In this document: one piece after another, positions 26,851 to 39,640 of the stretch | Layout: each line of letters opens with the position of its first letter | How positions within the stretch are numbered: the stretch's first letter is position 1 | Assembly (NCBI GenBank): GCA_013239625.1 | Contig: MU056000.1 | Coordinates: 10,739,175 to 10,803,174 of the forward strand | From: Lama guanicoe | Taxonomy: Eukaryota | Length of the DNA stretch: 64,000 bases | Direction: 5' to 3' | Position numbers and translations under genes: made by a program | Notes under the pieces: generated by a model | What the model was told of the DNA's origin: nothing | What the model saw: only the letters and a program-made list of their open reading frames with translations | Databases searched by the model: none

Positions 26851-27192
26851 GTGCATTCTGTAAAGCAAGTGGGAAATGAAACACATGCATCAGCTATTTT
26901 GACATTCTCTTTTTACTGGCATTCCGCTTTGTTCTTTAACAGAGGTTTTGAGTATGTTTTTTAAACCGTATCACTGAGTCATTTGATTTTTATTTTCTGA
27001 GACATACCTGTAGGTTTTCAAAAATATCATGTCTTGTTTCCCTAACTTCTCCCTTGACCTTAGTTGACCAGGCCTTTTGAAACGCATTTTTTTTTCACTC
27101 TTTAGTTCAGCATCTTCTTACTCATCATTCTTGAGTCAAAACTTTGGGAACGGAGGGCATGAGAGGGACATGATTTCTGGGTTTTGTGCCAA

Positions 27193-27212
27193 CGTTGCCA
27201 TCTCTTGGCAAC
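27193..27212 (-). promoter_or_regulatory. CTCF-like motif overlapping a 7-bp inverted repeat
   Basis: GTTGCCA-tctct-TGGCAAC; the minus strand reads TTGCCAAGAGATGGCAACG. Confidence 0.45.
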
Positions 27213-29399
27213 ACTGAGGTCAAGACAAATGATGTAGTGACCCAGCCACTTTCTCATTTTTGAGGCCAGTGCTTTGTGTTTGATGTCTTCTTACATCTAA
27301 CGCCTGAGATTTCAAGCGTGTTGAGTATTTGTGGCTCTGCTCTGAGTTCCCAACCTCTGAAGAGAGCAATAAAAATAATTAAAAAAATCAAAGCATCTTT
27401 TCTTCCACTCACTTGAAAGACGATGTGATAATTGGAGCGTTTTCCTTTATGAGTGGACTCACACGCAGACCTGTATGTTGGAGTTAAAGGGATAAAGCAG
27501 TTAGATCTGTGTCTACTATTTGCCTCGTGTCAGAATGACTCAAATCGCCCACATTCTTGCTCAGAAAGAATTCCACTCCCCCTTGAGCCTTGGTGTAGAT
27601 TTCTGCTATTCAGTTCACTGCTGATTCCATGCACACATTTATGTGTCTAGTTTCCTGATGCACCAATAAATTCTCTTACAAAAGCCAGACCTATCTGATG
27701 GCCTGTACATTAAGATCATTTTAACCTACTTTTGTCCTAAGCTCTCAAATAATCTCCCACTGAAGGCCAACTTTCCTTAAATAGGTTTTATAAGGTTTTC
27801 ATGGAAAAATCAAATCGGTATTTCACCACGTTTCCCCCTTGTCATCGCACATTTTACCTGAACAGTCATGTATTTATTTAACTCATTGGCTAGCAGACAA
27901 GGTAATTGGAATTTAAATTTTTAAAATTTTACATATTTCTTTTAGATAAAGATTTACAATGATGGACGTTTGTTAACCTTTGTCAAAGAATAATCCTTGA
28001 ATTTTTATTTCCATTTGGAAAATAGAGCCATTCAGAAAACACATGCAATAGTTAATAATGGTGTTAGCGTAACATTCAGAGTGATGGAGAGATTGTATGA
28101 ATCGCATGAGGATGACCGTGGGAGAAGGAGTTTGGAGAACTGAACTAGAGTTAGAGTGATGCCCCTGATCGAGTCTTTATAAAAGTTTCCTTTTTTGTAA
28201 AATAGAAAAATTGACAGCAATGTCAGCTTCCCAACATTGGACCATTCTACAGAAAGAGAAAAGGTAAACATGAGTTTTATTTTTTAAAAACAGGCATAGA
28301 ACCAGAGTAATCTTCAGATGAATTCAGTGGAACGAGCTCAGTGGCTTTTTTTAAAAAAAAAAAAAAACAGGATCTTCTTGAAAAATGTATCTAATACATG
28401 TATTGTTGCTTTATTTTCTAGATTACTAGGTACAAAACATTTTTTTGTGGGAAAAATCCTGTTGAATGAGACACAGGGGAGGGTCCGTTTAGTGGACGAG
28501 GCTCTGACATTTCTCCTGCCAAACGTTATCCCTCTGTTTCTTCCTTCATATTCATTAAGCAGATTCCTTCTGTTCCCCAAGGAAAGGTTGGATTCCTCAA
28601 GTTTGAAGCAAAAGCTGAAAACAGAAGCAGAATGTGAAGGAAACTACAGGTGGACCATGCCACATGTTCTTGGCAATGAAAAAAAAATGCAGATCTTCTA
28701 GGTGGAAGTAATTTTGATGGAGCACAGTTTCTTTGGCAGCTGTCCTCATAACTGGATTTTAATTTTACTTCTTGACTTTTGGGTCATAGATGTTTTCAAC
28801 AATAGATTCAGTTGGAATTGAATTAATAAACCCATTGATATGAGTTCACGGGCTCCTTATGCAGAGAGGTCAGCCCCTGAAGTTCAGGTGAGTGACCCTT
28901 AGGTCAGCCCTGGTCTCTCTAAGGAGCAGGTTCAGGTATCACCTGACACAAGACACCCAGCAGATCAGCACTTCCGGCCAATGTTGTAAAAGCCAAGGAA
29001 ACGATTCTTAACTCAAAGAAGATTGCAGGATAGGCTGCTGTGTGTGGCATTTTGAAGAGTGTGAAAAAGGCCTTATCTACCACAATTTCTGTCATGTGGG
29101 AAAAAAAAATGTAAGCTGTTCTTCCAAGTGACCTCTTTCAAAAGGAATGGAATTTAGATCCACATCCAAGATTAGTGAGAGGCACCAGAAAAAGCAGACT
29201 TCCTGTGCCTTTTCTTTGGCTCGGTTAGAAACAACTCTTGCAACACTGAGGCTGGGCTGTGCTTTATTGTGGGCAATCGCTCTACAGCTGAGTTAACTTT
29301 CTTCTTGAAACCACAGAAGGGTCCAGAAAGAACGTGTATCGACGTAAAAAAGACATTAGCTCCCGTGACTCCTGTCATCTTGTTCTATTGTCTCTACTA

Positions 29400-29603
29400 C
29401 AGTTGTTTTATCCCCCCCGGGGACATTTGGCCATGTCTGGAGACACTTTTGGTCATCACAACTAGGGGGAGGAGGTCCTGCTGGCATTTAATGGGTAGAG
29501 GCCAGGGAGGCTGCTGAACATCCAACGATGCACAGGACAGCTCCCCCCACCCCCGCAAACTATCCATCCCAAATGCCAGCAGTGCTGCTGCCGAGAACCC
29601 TCG
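29400..29603 (+). mobile_element. MER20 (hAT-Charlie MITE)
   Basis: ggggacatttggccatgtctggagacacttttgg...gggtagaggccagggaggctgctgaacatcc...gcacaggacagc. Confidence 0.9.
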
Positions 29604-30789
29604 CTCCCTTAGACACTTTTCTTCCATCCTTTACGCATCTCCTCTAGTAGCCGATTCAGTGACCACATAGGGAAATGGAGGATGCCAAACATGTTTTGCC
29701 ACCACTAATGGGCTCACTACTTATTATCAGGTTGCCTAAATTAATGTTAAGCAATAAACAATAACAATTTGTTTAACAACTTATCCTTTCTTTTTACACA
29801 ATCTTTTGAAAAAACTTAGAATCAGAAATAGTAAAGAAAATGTAATATCAAATTTTGTTTAAAGTCCAAATGATCCTCATTAACATATGGACCAAAATCT
29901 AATTAAAATAAGATCTAAGATGCTACCCATAATGAGAGATAATTATGTTGTGTAGATCATTATTGCAAATAATGGCACTAAGAGTACTTTGGCGGCCAGT
30001 GCCATCCCCGCTTGTGTACGGCTGCCCTGTCTGTTGGTGAAGGTATGCACCGGAGCAGGGGGATGGGGATGGGAGTTGGGGCTGGGTGAGGCACAGCCAC
30101 AGCAGGACATTTTATTTCTACTCTCATGTTACTTAAAATATTTGGGTGAATATTGCATTTTACTTCCCAATGTAAAGATAACACTTTAAATTGCTTATCT
30201 TTGGAAAAAAATGGATGCTCAAGGAAGGTAAACTCTGTACTGGGGCTTGGAGTAACTGAGCATATTAACATGCACTCCTGGGGGTAAACCCCTCTCAGTT
30301 TGAGAAGCACAATTACACGGAGGGAAAACAATACAAGAAAAGGCAGAAGACTTGGATTCCAGTCCCAGTTTCCACACTTCCTTGCTCTATGACTGTAAGG
30401 CAAATTTCATTCATTCATTTATCTATTTATCCAATAAATGCTTGTTGCTTGTCCACAAGGCACCAGGTACTATGACTCAGAGGTGAACAGGGTCCCCACT
30501 TTTTGTGGCAATCTCTCAGGAAAGACAAAACAGCAACAACAATGGAAATACCAATGATGAACATTTGCTGAGCATTTGCTGTGCTTTGATTATTATAAGG
30601 GCTTCTGTATATTCCGAGTCCACTGAATTCCCACACCAACATTTTACCATTATTGGACTAGAGTTGGTGTCAAAGGAGTCTGAGGGGCACCTGCTCATAA
30701 ACCAGAAGCATCTTATTTCTACCTTCTGGATTTGCTTGAGCTCAGTCTTTTATACACCCTTATCAACCAGAATGCAACCAGAGAAGAAC

Positions 30790-31262
30790 CTGTAGAAGTT
30801 TACGGTGCTCATGCCACGTGGAGCTGGTTAAGCAGTCTCTGTAAGGCTGTTGTCCCTGCAGATGCACAGAGCTTGTAGTCAGGAAGGGAAGATCGCAAGT
30901 AGACTGAAACCTGGTGAGCGTGAGCTGCGACCTCGTGAAGACAAACTGAAACCTCTGACTTTGATGACCCTTTATCATGGAAGTAAAACACACACATACC
31001 TGGCCCAGGACTCAGAGAAACTAAAGGAAGATGTAGAATAAGATAGAGTATTTGCAGCCCAGATGCTGGTTCATGTAACGAGGTGAGTCAACAGATGAGC
31101 AACAACTCGATGTGATTTACAAACAGCTGCTCCTTCTTTTCAGCCCTCGAAATATCTCAAGAATCTCCCGTGTGACTCTCCGTAACCAGAAACATACACG
31201 AAAGGGAATTCTGGGAAGTGTGCTCAGCCTAGTCCAGTTGACATCTTACAAAGCTATGATAA
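30790..31262 (-). mobile_element. MLT2-type ERVL LTR fragment
   Basis: taaccagaaacatacacgaaagggaattctgggaagtgtgctcagcctagtccagttgacatcttacaaagc. Confidence 0.6.
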
Positions 31263-31479
31263 CATCATTTCCATTTGATGATAGATCCCCGCACCCCCAA
31301 CCTTATGACTATTAGGTAAGACAACACTTGGTTCATGATGGGAAGTTCTGGATCCACAATCACCTCATGTACCAAGGTTAGGTCTTCAGTCTGTACCAAG
31401 ACCCACTATCAAGTCAGAAGCTTTTTCTCAAAAAAAGAAGAGTTCAGATCTCTGATTTATCACATTATCTCTTCATATG

Positions 31480-32812
31480 TAATGTATCTTAATGTAGACT
31501 TTCTGTTTTTTTATACTTATCTATGTTTGTTCATGTACGAAGACCAACACACAGTCACCATATTATATTAGCTGGTGGAACTTTATAGCTTGTTTTGATA
31601 TTTGTATGTCAAATCCCTCTTATTGGTCTTAAAAATTTTTTTTTATTGTTCTTTTTTATTCAACATTTTTGTCTTCTACTTTATAATTAACTTTTCAAGT
31701 TCAATAAAAGATCTGTTGGAATTTTGATTTACATTGCACTAAATTTTTCTAATTCAAAGGGTTTTTTGAACTCTTGCAAGCAGCCTTCATATTTTAGGCT
31801 CTTATTTCATGCCTTCTTTTCTTTTTGTCCTCCTGTACCGAATTCTGAGAGAACTTTTCAGCTCAGTCCTTCAATTTAGTAATTTATTCCTCAGGGGTGC
31901 CTCTTTGGATATTGGGCTATTTTGATAATCATGTTCTTTTACTTCCAAGATATCTAGTTGATTATTTGTCAAAAATAACTCATTTTTATTTCACAGATGA
32001 GATAGCCTTTTGTATATCTCTGAGGTTATTAATTACATTTCATTTAAAGTCCCCTCTTTTTGGTTCTACTGTGCATGTTTTTCCATTTGCTTCCTTTTGT
32101 TCCTTTCTGTCAGAGTATTAGTTTTCTTTAAATATTTTCTTCGTTTTGCTCATGTACTCATTTAAAAGCTTGAGACTCCCCATTGACACATGTGTAATTG
32201 TGTTTCTGTTGGTTGCAGCCTGCCTCCAGTGATTCTGGAGGAGGAAATAAGATGAGCTCCCTGGTGGAGCATTTGATTACTCTGTCTTTCGGGCATGGGG
32301 GCTTCCTGTTTCTCCTATTTGTCGGAAGTTACTACTAGTGCCAACAGTACCAACTTGAGCATTCAAACTAACTGCTACAGTTCAGGAGAAAATACTTCCT
32401 TGTCACTGAAGTGGAGGTGTGAAGTAAAGAGACAGTGAAGGCAGGATGGCCCCACCAGGCTGCTCTGTACGCTCCAAATGTGATTCTGTAACCATGATGG
32501 CTTCCCAGCTCCCTGTCACCACCACCTCCACACTTAGAGCATACCCAGATCTGCTTCGATTTTTCATAGCTGCCCTGTTCTGGGTTGAATTTTGGGCTCC
32601 TGTTACTCCATCAAACCAGCCTCACTTGCCTTCCATCTTTTGGAAATTAGCCACATTTCTGGTGTCCCGACAGGTATTTTTCCTAATGGTGGTAAGCAAT
32701 TACTCTCTTGTACACACACATATGCACACACACGTTTTCCCGGTTTCCCATATTTCTGGGGGAGCTAGGATAGGAGAGGACGCTGTCTCTGCTCAGTCTG
32801 CCATCTTGATCT
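31480..32812 (-). mobile_element. Highly decayed old L1M fragments including a probable 5' end
   Basis: T-rich antisense L1 (tgttggaattttgatttacattgcactaaattt). Ends at ctgccatcttg, the reverse of the L1 5' AAGATGGC YY1 motif. Confidence 0.45.
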
Positions 32813-34046
32813 AATTTGATCTGATGTTCTTCATGTGAATTTAGGTTGTTGCCTTTTGTGGTTCTGTAATGCCTCTAACCCCTACGTCCCCGAGTTGTCC
32901 CAGGTCTGTTCACGTCAGGTGAAATATTCACAGCCTCGCAGCTTAAAAGCACTAGAGATAAAGCTACTGGAACATAATGACTCATAGTAATGAGGTTTCA
33001 TTTGAAGGTAATATGAACAACTGGGGACTTGCGTCTTTGCTGTCTGAATTCTGGAGTGATTTCACATTGGAAAGCAGGAGGCCGTGGCTGGTTCCTTGGC
33101 TTTTGTTCATAGACTCTCCAGCACTGTCTGCTTGATGGATGTGCTTTCTCATCACTGGTGATAATTCTATAGGGGGCGATTCACTAGCAAACGGGGGCGA
33201 AAGCAGTCCATTTCCGTCCTTCTGCTCGCTCATGCTCGTTCACTTTGCTATTTGCTCCCAATGTCCATTTCCTTTACTCAATAAATCATGTTTTGATGAG
33301 AAAAAAGTACAAAATATTAGTCATGTGAGGATTTGGATCATATTTAATTTAGCACCAATGAAAAAGTTTTCTCCTTAATCCAGTAGCTGTCTGGAGCCAG
33401 CGACGGTTCTGTCCATGCACCAGCTGAAGGCCAGACAGCTAGCTCCCAAACCAGCTCGGGGCTCAAAGGATTCGTGCTAAATTCATGTATGGGCCGAGAC
33501 TCTAAGCCTGGGGGTTCAACTGTAAATCAGGAATGACTCTAAGTAACAATAACTTTGCTAAATCCAATCTTCTCCTTCTTTCTATGGACTTTTCTCTTCT
33601 TTCACTTTGCTATTCTTTTATTGCTGAACAGACCACCTTGGGTTCCATGCTACACTCACACCTCAGGTTAAGAGGCCCCGGGGAGCTGTGAGAGCATCCG
33701 GCTGCTTCCATAGAGAAGGAATGGATGGACTCTTCCTTGGGTATTAATGCCATCCCTGCATATCAGTGACCAAGTGGCAGACTGAGCTGTCACTTGCTCA
33801 TCTCCGTCTTAGGTCTTGCCTACATACACAATTAATCAAAGAATGGTCTGATCACAATGGTTAGACTGGCGTGTGTCTGTGTGTGTGTATGCTTATGTCT
33901 GTGTATGTGTGCCTGTGTGTTCAGACTTGAGTTAAGGAAGTGAGAGGTGGAGCTGTGAACCAAGAGTGCATTCATAGTTATGTTGACCACTCTGTCATCT
34001 GTAGGGCTAAGACCCTGGGGCCAACAGCAGACAGACTCTGAGGTAA

Positions 34047-34452
34047 AGTCTCAGATTGGGTTCTCCAGAAGCGGTAGCTGACAAGGAGTTTGGGGTGCAA
34101 GATTTTATTAGGAATCAGCAGCTATGAAATGAAAGGGAAGCAGGAAAGAGTGAAACAGTGCTGTAAGCCTGAGAAATCTTGCTCAACCTTGCGGGCCCCC
34201 TGAGGGGAGCACTCCCATCAGTGTTGTCCTTATCAGGTCAAAATGGTGGTGTCTTCATACCCCTGCCTTGCTCAGTTGCTGGGCCTTGGTTGACCCAAAA
34301 CAGGTGGAACCTGGGGTGTGGAGGCTCTGAGCAGCTAGGCAGAACCCAAAGGAGCTGACAGTGGAGGCTGTCTGCTCACTGTACTCCCTGAAAATGAGAG
34401 CAAGTCCTTCTTTGAAGGGCTGTCTGTTCAGCACATCCTTGTGTCTGCCTCA
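34047..34452 (-). mobile_element. LTR16A-like ERVL solo LTR
   Basis: Reverse complement begins tgaggcagacacaaggatgtgctgaacagacagcccttcaaagaaggacttgc. Confidence 0.8.
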
Positions 34453-34733
34453 GGTAGAGTAGCTAATGGGGAGAACATTGCCTTGGAAAGAGAGAAAGTA
34501 TAGGTACCCCAACTTTTTCTGGAGGTAGTGGAAGGGATCACAAAGGTGGGACAATTATGAGTTCTTGAATTTCAGTTATTTCTCAGTCCTCTTTTCTTTG
34601 ATCAGTTTCCAAGGAAGAAAAAGATTATACTAGGAAGCAAGTCACGTGAAAGAATTATACTATTTTAAGCCTCATTAAAAAAACGGATAAGAGACAGCTG
34701 TGATTTTGGCCTGAGAGAAGAATTCAGAAGAGA

Positions 34734-35279
34734 TGTAAGAGACTGAATATACAAATGGCCCGTGGCCATGTTATAAATACACATAAAAATAGATCTCTGA
34801 TCCAACTGACTCGGGAAAGCACCCCAGGGTAAACAGCCCAGGAAGCCAGCGTGCTATCTATGTCAGACTTGTAGGAAGTCAGACCACTATCTAGAGATAG
34901 TGGCACCACTTCAGGAAGCCAAACAATAACTCCTGTAGCGATCAACCCCAAATGGCCAGGACTTGATTAATAACTGACAGCCCTCTGAATTTTTGTCCCA
35001 GCTTCCAACTTGGAACTAACCAAAGAAAGCCAAATGTGCACCCCTGACCAACCCCACAGGATGTCCTGCTTTGCGTTAGCTCCCCTCCAGTTTCCCCAGG
35101 CCAACAGCCTCCAAGCAGGGCCATCCCTGTTTCCCACTATGAAGTCTTCCCACTCCTCTGCCTGCCTTTGAGTCTCTGCCAAAACAGAAGTGGTGGCGAA
35201 TGACTCCCTTGCTATAGAGCAAGCTCTGAGTCGATAGCCTTGCTTGTTCTCATGTGGGTGGTCTTCATTTATTTCCACT
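34734..35279 (+). mobile_element. ERV1-class solo LTR (MER90/MER110-like; subfamily uncertain)
   Basis: Starts TGTAAG, ~545 bp, ends gcaagctctga...ttgcttgttctcatgtgggtggtcttcatttatttccac. Confidence 0.65.
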
Positions 35280-35834
35280 GGAGGGAAGGCTCACAGACTG
35301 TTAGGGGATCAGGGGAGTCCTGAGAAGCAGCAAGACCAGCATCTAGCTTTCACAGTCAGGACGCGGAGTGAGGGGCTTCTGAGAACCATGTAGGAAACAT
35401 CTCTGAACCAGAGCAGAGGGCTTAGGGGCTGTCAGTCTAGCAATCATGGTGCAGGAACTGAGCCCCAGAATCTCCTCTTATTTTAAATACACTATTGCCC
35501 CCAAAATGCTACCATCTGGGAAAAGGTGGGACATAGCTCACAACCAACATCTGATTAAATACTTATTGAGCTCTGAATATGCCAGGCTCAGTGCTAGGCA
35601 CAGGGGACAAAATAATGAACAAAAGAGAAATCTCACAGGCTTTATTTTCTCCACATACAGTGCCCAGCACTAGTAAACTTTTAATACTATTTCTGCAATG
35701 TCATATAAAAAATCAGATTGATAGAAATGTGCATTAGAGTGGCTTTGAGGAGAAATTGCCTGATTGAAAATCCTAAACCATACAAGTAGATGCCTGAAGG
35801 AAAAAATGCTTTCAGAATCTAGTCCTAACTCTGG

Positions 35835-35875
35835 TGTGTGTGTACTTTGTGTGTGTGTGTGTGTGTGTGTGTGTG
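35835..35875. repeat. Interrupted (TG)n microsatellite
   Basis: tgtgtgtgt-act-t followed by about 14 TG units. Confidence 0.9.
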
Positions 35876-35964
35876 AACACGCACTTGGATGCTACCTTGG
35901 GCTACTGAGCATTTCTAAGCCTCAATGTCTTCACATAAAAATACGATTAATAATAAGTCTCTTG

Positions 35965-36780
35965 ATGCAAATCAAAACTACAAAGAGTCTTCACAGCAGA
36001 CTTCACAGCAGAATGGTCATCATTAAAAGGCCCACAAATGATAAACGCTGGAGATGGTGTTTGCATGTTGGTGGGAATGTAGTTTGGTGCAGCCGTTGTG
36101 GGAAGCAGCATGGAGGTTCCTCAAAAGATTAAAAGTAGACTTAGTATATGATCCAGTAATACCACTCCTAGGCATATATCCAGAAGGAACTTCAATTCAA
36201 AAAGATACATGCACCCCAATGTTCATAGCAGTGCTGTTTACAATAGCCAAGACATGGAAACAACCTAAATGTCCATCAACAGATGACTGGATAAAGAAAT
36301 TATGGTATATTTATACAATGGAATACTACTCAGCCATAAAAAGAGTAAACTAATGCCATTTGCAGCAATATGGATGGACCTGGAAACCATCATTCTAAGT
36401 AAAATAAACCAGAAAGAAAAAAATATGATTTCATTTATATGTGGAATCTAAAAAAAGACAAATGAACGTATTTACAAAATGGAAACAGACTCACAGACAT
36501 AGAAAACAAACTTATGGTTATTGTGGGGGGAAGGGATAAATTGGGAGTTTGAGATTTGCAGATACTAACTACTATATATAAAATAGCTAAACAACAAGTT
36601 TCCTCTGTGTAGCACAGGGAACTGTATTCAATATCTTATAGTAACCTATAATGAAAAAGAATATGAAGACGAATATATGTATATATATATATGTATGACT
36701 GAACTATTATGCTGGACACCAGAAATTGACACAACATTGTAAACTGACTATACTTCAATGAAAAACAAAGAAAGAAAAAA
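35965..36780 (+). mobile_element. 5'-truncated L1 inserted in a MIR
   Basis: ORF 36054-36353 is the L1 ORF2 C-terminus (YDPVIPLLGIYP...[23 protein letters not shown]). Candidate TSD taataagtct (35951-35960) / taatagatct (36783-36792). Confidence 0.95.
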
Positions 36781-37834
36781 ATTAATAGATCTATTTTCTC
36801 TCAAAGATTTGAATAAAATGATAAAATAAATATAGATGTGCAAAAGAATTTGCAGATACGGTTAATGCCCTCTCTCCCATCACCAAATGCAGAGCTTGGG
36901 GAAGAGTGTGTGCATGTAAATATTTCCAGGGCCAATTCTCCATAGATTCCAGTGTGTGACAGTCACAACCCTACAATCGGATCCGACTCAGGTCTCTCCC
37001 TGCCATGATGGTTTCTCGTCTTCCTGGCCTCTTTCTTTGCCAAATTCCTATCACCCTTGGGTTCAGTGTCCTGTGGACAGGAGGGTGATACGACTGAGAC
37101 AGGATCACTGGATTGGTGTGGTTGGCCAGATGGGGTCTGCTTGCCTTCTAATTCCCTTGTGCCTCCCTCCACAGCTTGACCCTGAGTGGAAAAATGTAGT
37201 GTTTCCCAAGGCAAAGGGCCATTCTTGGGGCCAGGGTATAGAAGGAGAAATAACCCCCAGCTTGAATCACAAAGCAGTCTCTTGCCCGCAAGACTTCAAG
37301 AGCCTCAAACTGGTCTCTTGGAATCCACTCTGCATCTTTCTAACTCATCCTGCCCAGAGTTGCCAGCTTTGAAAATATAAAGCTGTTCACATCACACCCC
37401 TGTTCAAAATGGTTTAATGACTGCTGGCTGTTCTTATCAGACCAAGCCACAAGGAAATTCCAAAATTCAACCTGATGTTTAATGTCTGTAAAAATTGTGA
37501 TTCTAAAAGAGAGGGAGAATAGGACAAGAACTGAGGACAGACTGAAGCAGTATATAGACTTGTTAAACTCAATTAAGTGGAGAAGCCAGTTGGGTGGGGG
37601 TAATAGATTGAACTGACATGCAAATTCGGTAATACTGTGACTCAATTTCCAGTTATAAAAAGGACAACAGAACAGGACTTGGCTTGGCAGTAAGAGTGGG
37701 AAGAAGAATTTCCTTGGAAGTCTGCAGCTTTGGATATGATAACACCCAAGACTTGGTCTGGTTATTAAGCATTCTCAGTATGCCAAGAAATCCTAAATAG
37801 TCCCCTGGGAAAGCAAGCTCAAAATTGTTTGTGG

Positions 37835-38322
37835 TGGCAGGATTTCTTCTTTTTTATGGCTGAATACCATTTGCAACAACATGGATGAACCTGGAGGACA
37901 TTATGCTAAGTGAAATAAGCCAGACAGAGAAAGGCAAATACTGTATGATCTCATTCAGATACGGAATCTTAAAAAAAAGTCAAACTCATAGAAACAGACA
38001 CCGGAATGGTAGCTACCAGGGGCTGGGGGAGACGGGGGGATGTTGTTCAAAAGCGTACAAACTTCCAGTTATAAGATGAATAAGTTCTGGGGAGTCTAAT
38101 GTTCAGCATGGTGATACAATATTGTATCATATACTTGATATTTGCTGAGAGAGAAGATCTTAAGATTCTCACCACACATACGAAAAAGCAAACTATGTGA
38201 GATGATGAATGTGTTTATTGACTTGACTGTGGTGATCATTCCACAGTGTACACCAAATCATCATGTATGCTTTGAATATGTACAGTTTTATTTGTTAATT
38301 ACATCTCAATAAACCTGGCCAA
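37835..38322 (+). mobile_element. L1MA-type 3' end with 32-bp 5' inversion
   Basis: Inverted piece at 37835-37866, sense from 37867. TSD aaaattgtttg at 37821-37831 and 38323-38333. Confidence 0.88.
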
Positions 38323-38930
38323 AAAATTGTTTGAGATGAGACAGTTTTTCCCTTAGCAGATAAGCCCCTTCAGCTCCAGGGAGGTTTAAGATTAAGTATA
38401 GATGTGAAGAAAATAAAAACTCATAGTAGTTAGTCCATTTGTTAGACTAAGTGTCTGTAATATTTAAGAATATTTGACATATTAAAGTGTCAATAGCTTA
38501 ACCATGTGGTTTCAGTTAAAATACGATAATGAATGGTTATTTTAGGTTTGTGATTAATGTGAAATCACACCAAGCTTATATATGTTATTGGGACATTTAA
38601 GAGAGTTGAAGAATCATTGTATTTCAATGCATTTACACTAACTACTTAAGGACTTAGGAAAAGTTGTCAGACAATTGCAAAATTCAAGAAAATCAGATAT
38701 TAAATTTGTAAATACAGTGTAAAGTGTTTCCAGGCAACAAATTGAGCTTGTGAGATCAAACAGCAATCAGACCCCTTAAGTGATTATTACAATTTGCTAG
38801 TCTTTGAAATTAAACAATACATTTTTTTAAAGCTTAAAGTAGAACTAATTGTATGACCTGTAACTTTAATAAATGCTGTATTAATTTAAAAATGAAGTAC
38901 ACTCATTTTTTGTCAAAACTTCTCATTTCT

Positions 38931-39087
38931 GGGGGAGGGTTGAGCTCAGCAGTAGAGCTCATGCTTAACATGCACAAGGTCCTGGATTCAATCCCCGTAC
39001 CTGCATTAAATAAACAAATAAATAGACCTAATTACTGCTCGGAAACACTAAAAACAAAACAAAACAAAACAAAACTGAAAAACTGAA
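38931..39087 (+). mobile_element. tRNA-Ala-derived SINE (camelid Vic-1-like)
   Basis: GGGGGAGGGT start, A-box gagctcagcagtagagc, B-box ggattcaatccc, (AAAAC)n tail. TSD 14/16 at 38915-38930 / 39088-39103. Confidence 0.8.
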
Positions 39088-39129
39088 AAAAATTCTTATT
39101 TCTAAGCTATTAGAATAAACTCTATAAAT

Positions 39130-39640
39130 TCCCTAGCAATGTCTTTCGGGCCCTGCACAGTCTGGTTGGACTGGGATACCATTTGCATCTCCTGTTCCTG
39201 TCCTTCCCTGTAAACATGCACCAGGTAGGTACATGGCCCCATTTATTTACTTACTTTTCAAACACACTGAGTCCTTCCCTACCTTCTGGCCTTTGCACTT
39301 GCTGTTCGATCCATGTACAGAGCCTTCCCTAGGACACAAGGTGGTTCACTGTCATCCTTCCAAGCTCACTGGAGCCATCTTTCTGGAAGTGAGGTCATGG
39401 CAAGGTCATCCAATTTGCCCTATGTGAGCTGGCCTCTGTTCTTTGGATCCGATCACTTTATTTCTTTCAGATGAATCATCTCAATTTTTAATGATTTAAA
39501 ATGATTACATTATTTGTTTCCTTTGATCACTCTCCCCCAGTAGAGTGTACTTACCATGAGAGCTGGAGGTTTGTCTCATTTACAGCTGACTTTGGCAGAT
39601 AGGAGGTATTAAATAATATTTTTTGAATAAATGATTGAAA
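39130..39640 (+). mobile_element. L2 3' fragment
   Basis: ggcctttgcacttgctgtt...tctcccccagtagagtgt...aataatatttttgaataaatga. Confidence 0.65.

Noticed and set aside
28806..28887. Candidate exon ending at a perfect CAG|GTGAGT donor
   Set aside because: Stops in all three frames from the nearest plausible acceptor. A non-coding exon cannot be supported without RNA-seq.
33384..33441. 11-bp inverted repeat (tagctgtctgg/ccagacagcta) as a pre-miRNA
   Set aside because: The interior pairs poorly, and roughly one such stem with a spacer under 40 nt is expected by chance in 64 kb.
38931..39005. Functional tRNA-Ala gene
   Set aside because: Mutated boxes, no proper acceptor stem, A-rich tail and TSD indicate a SINE.
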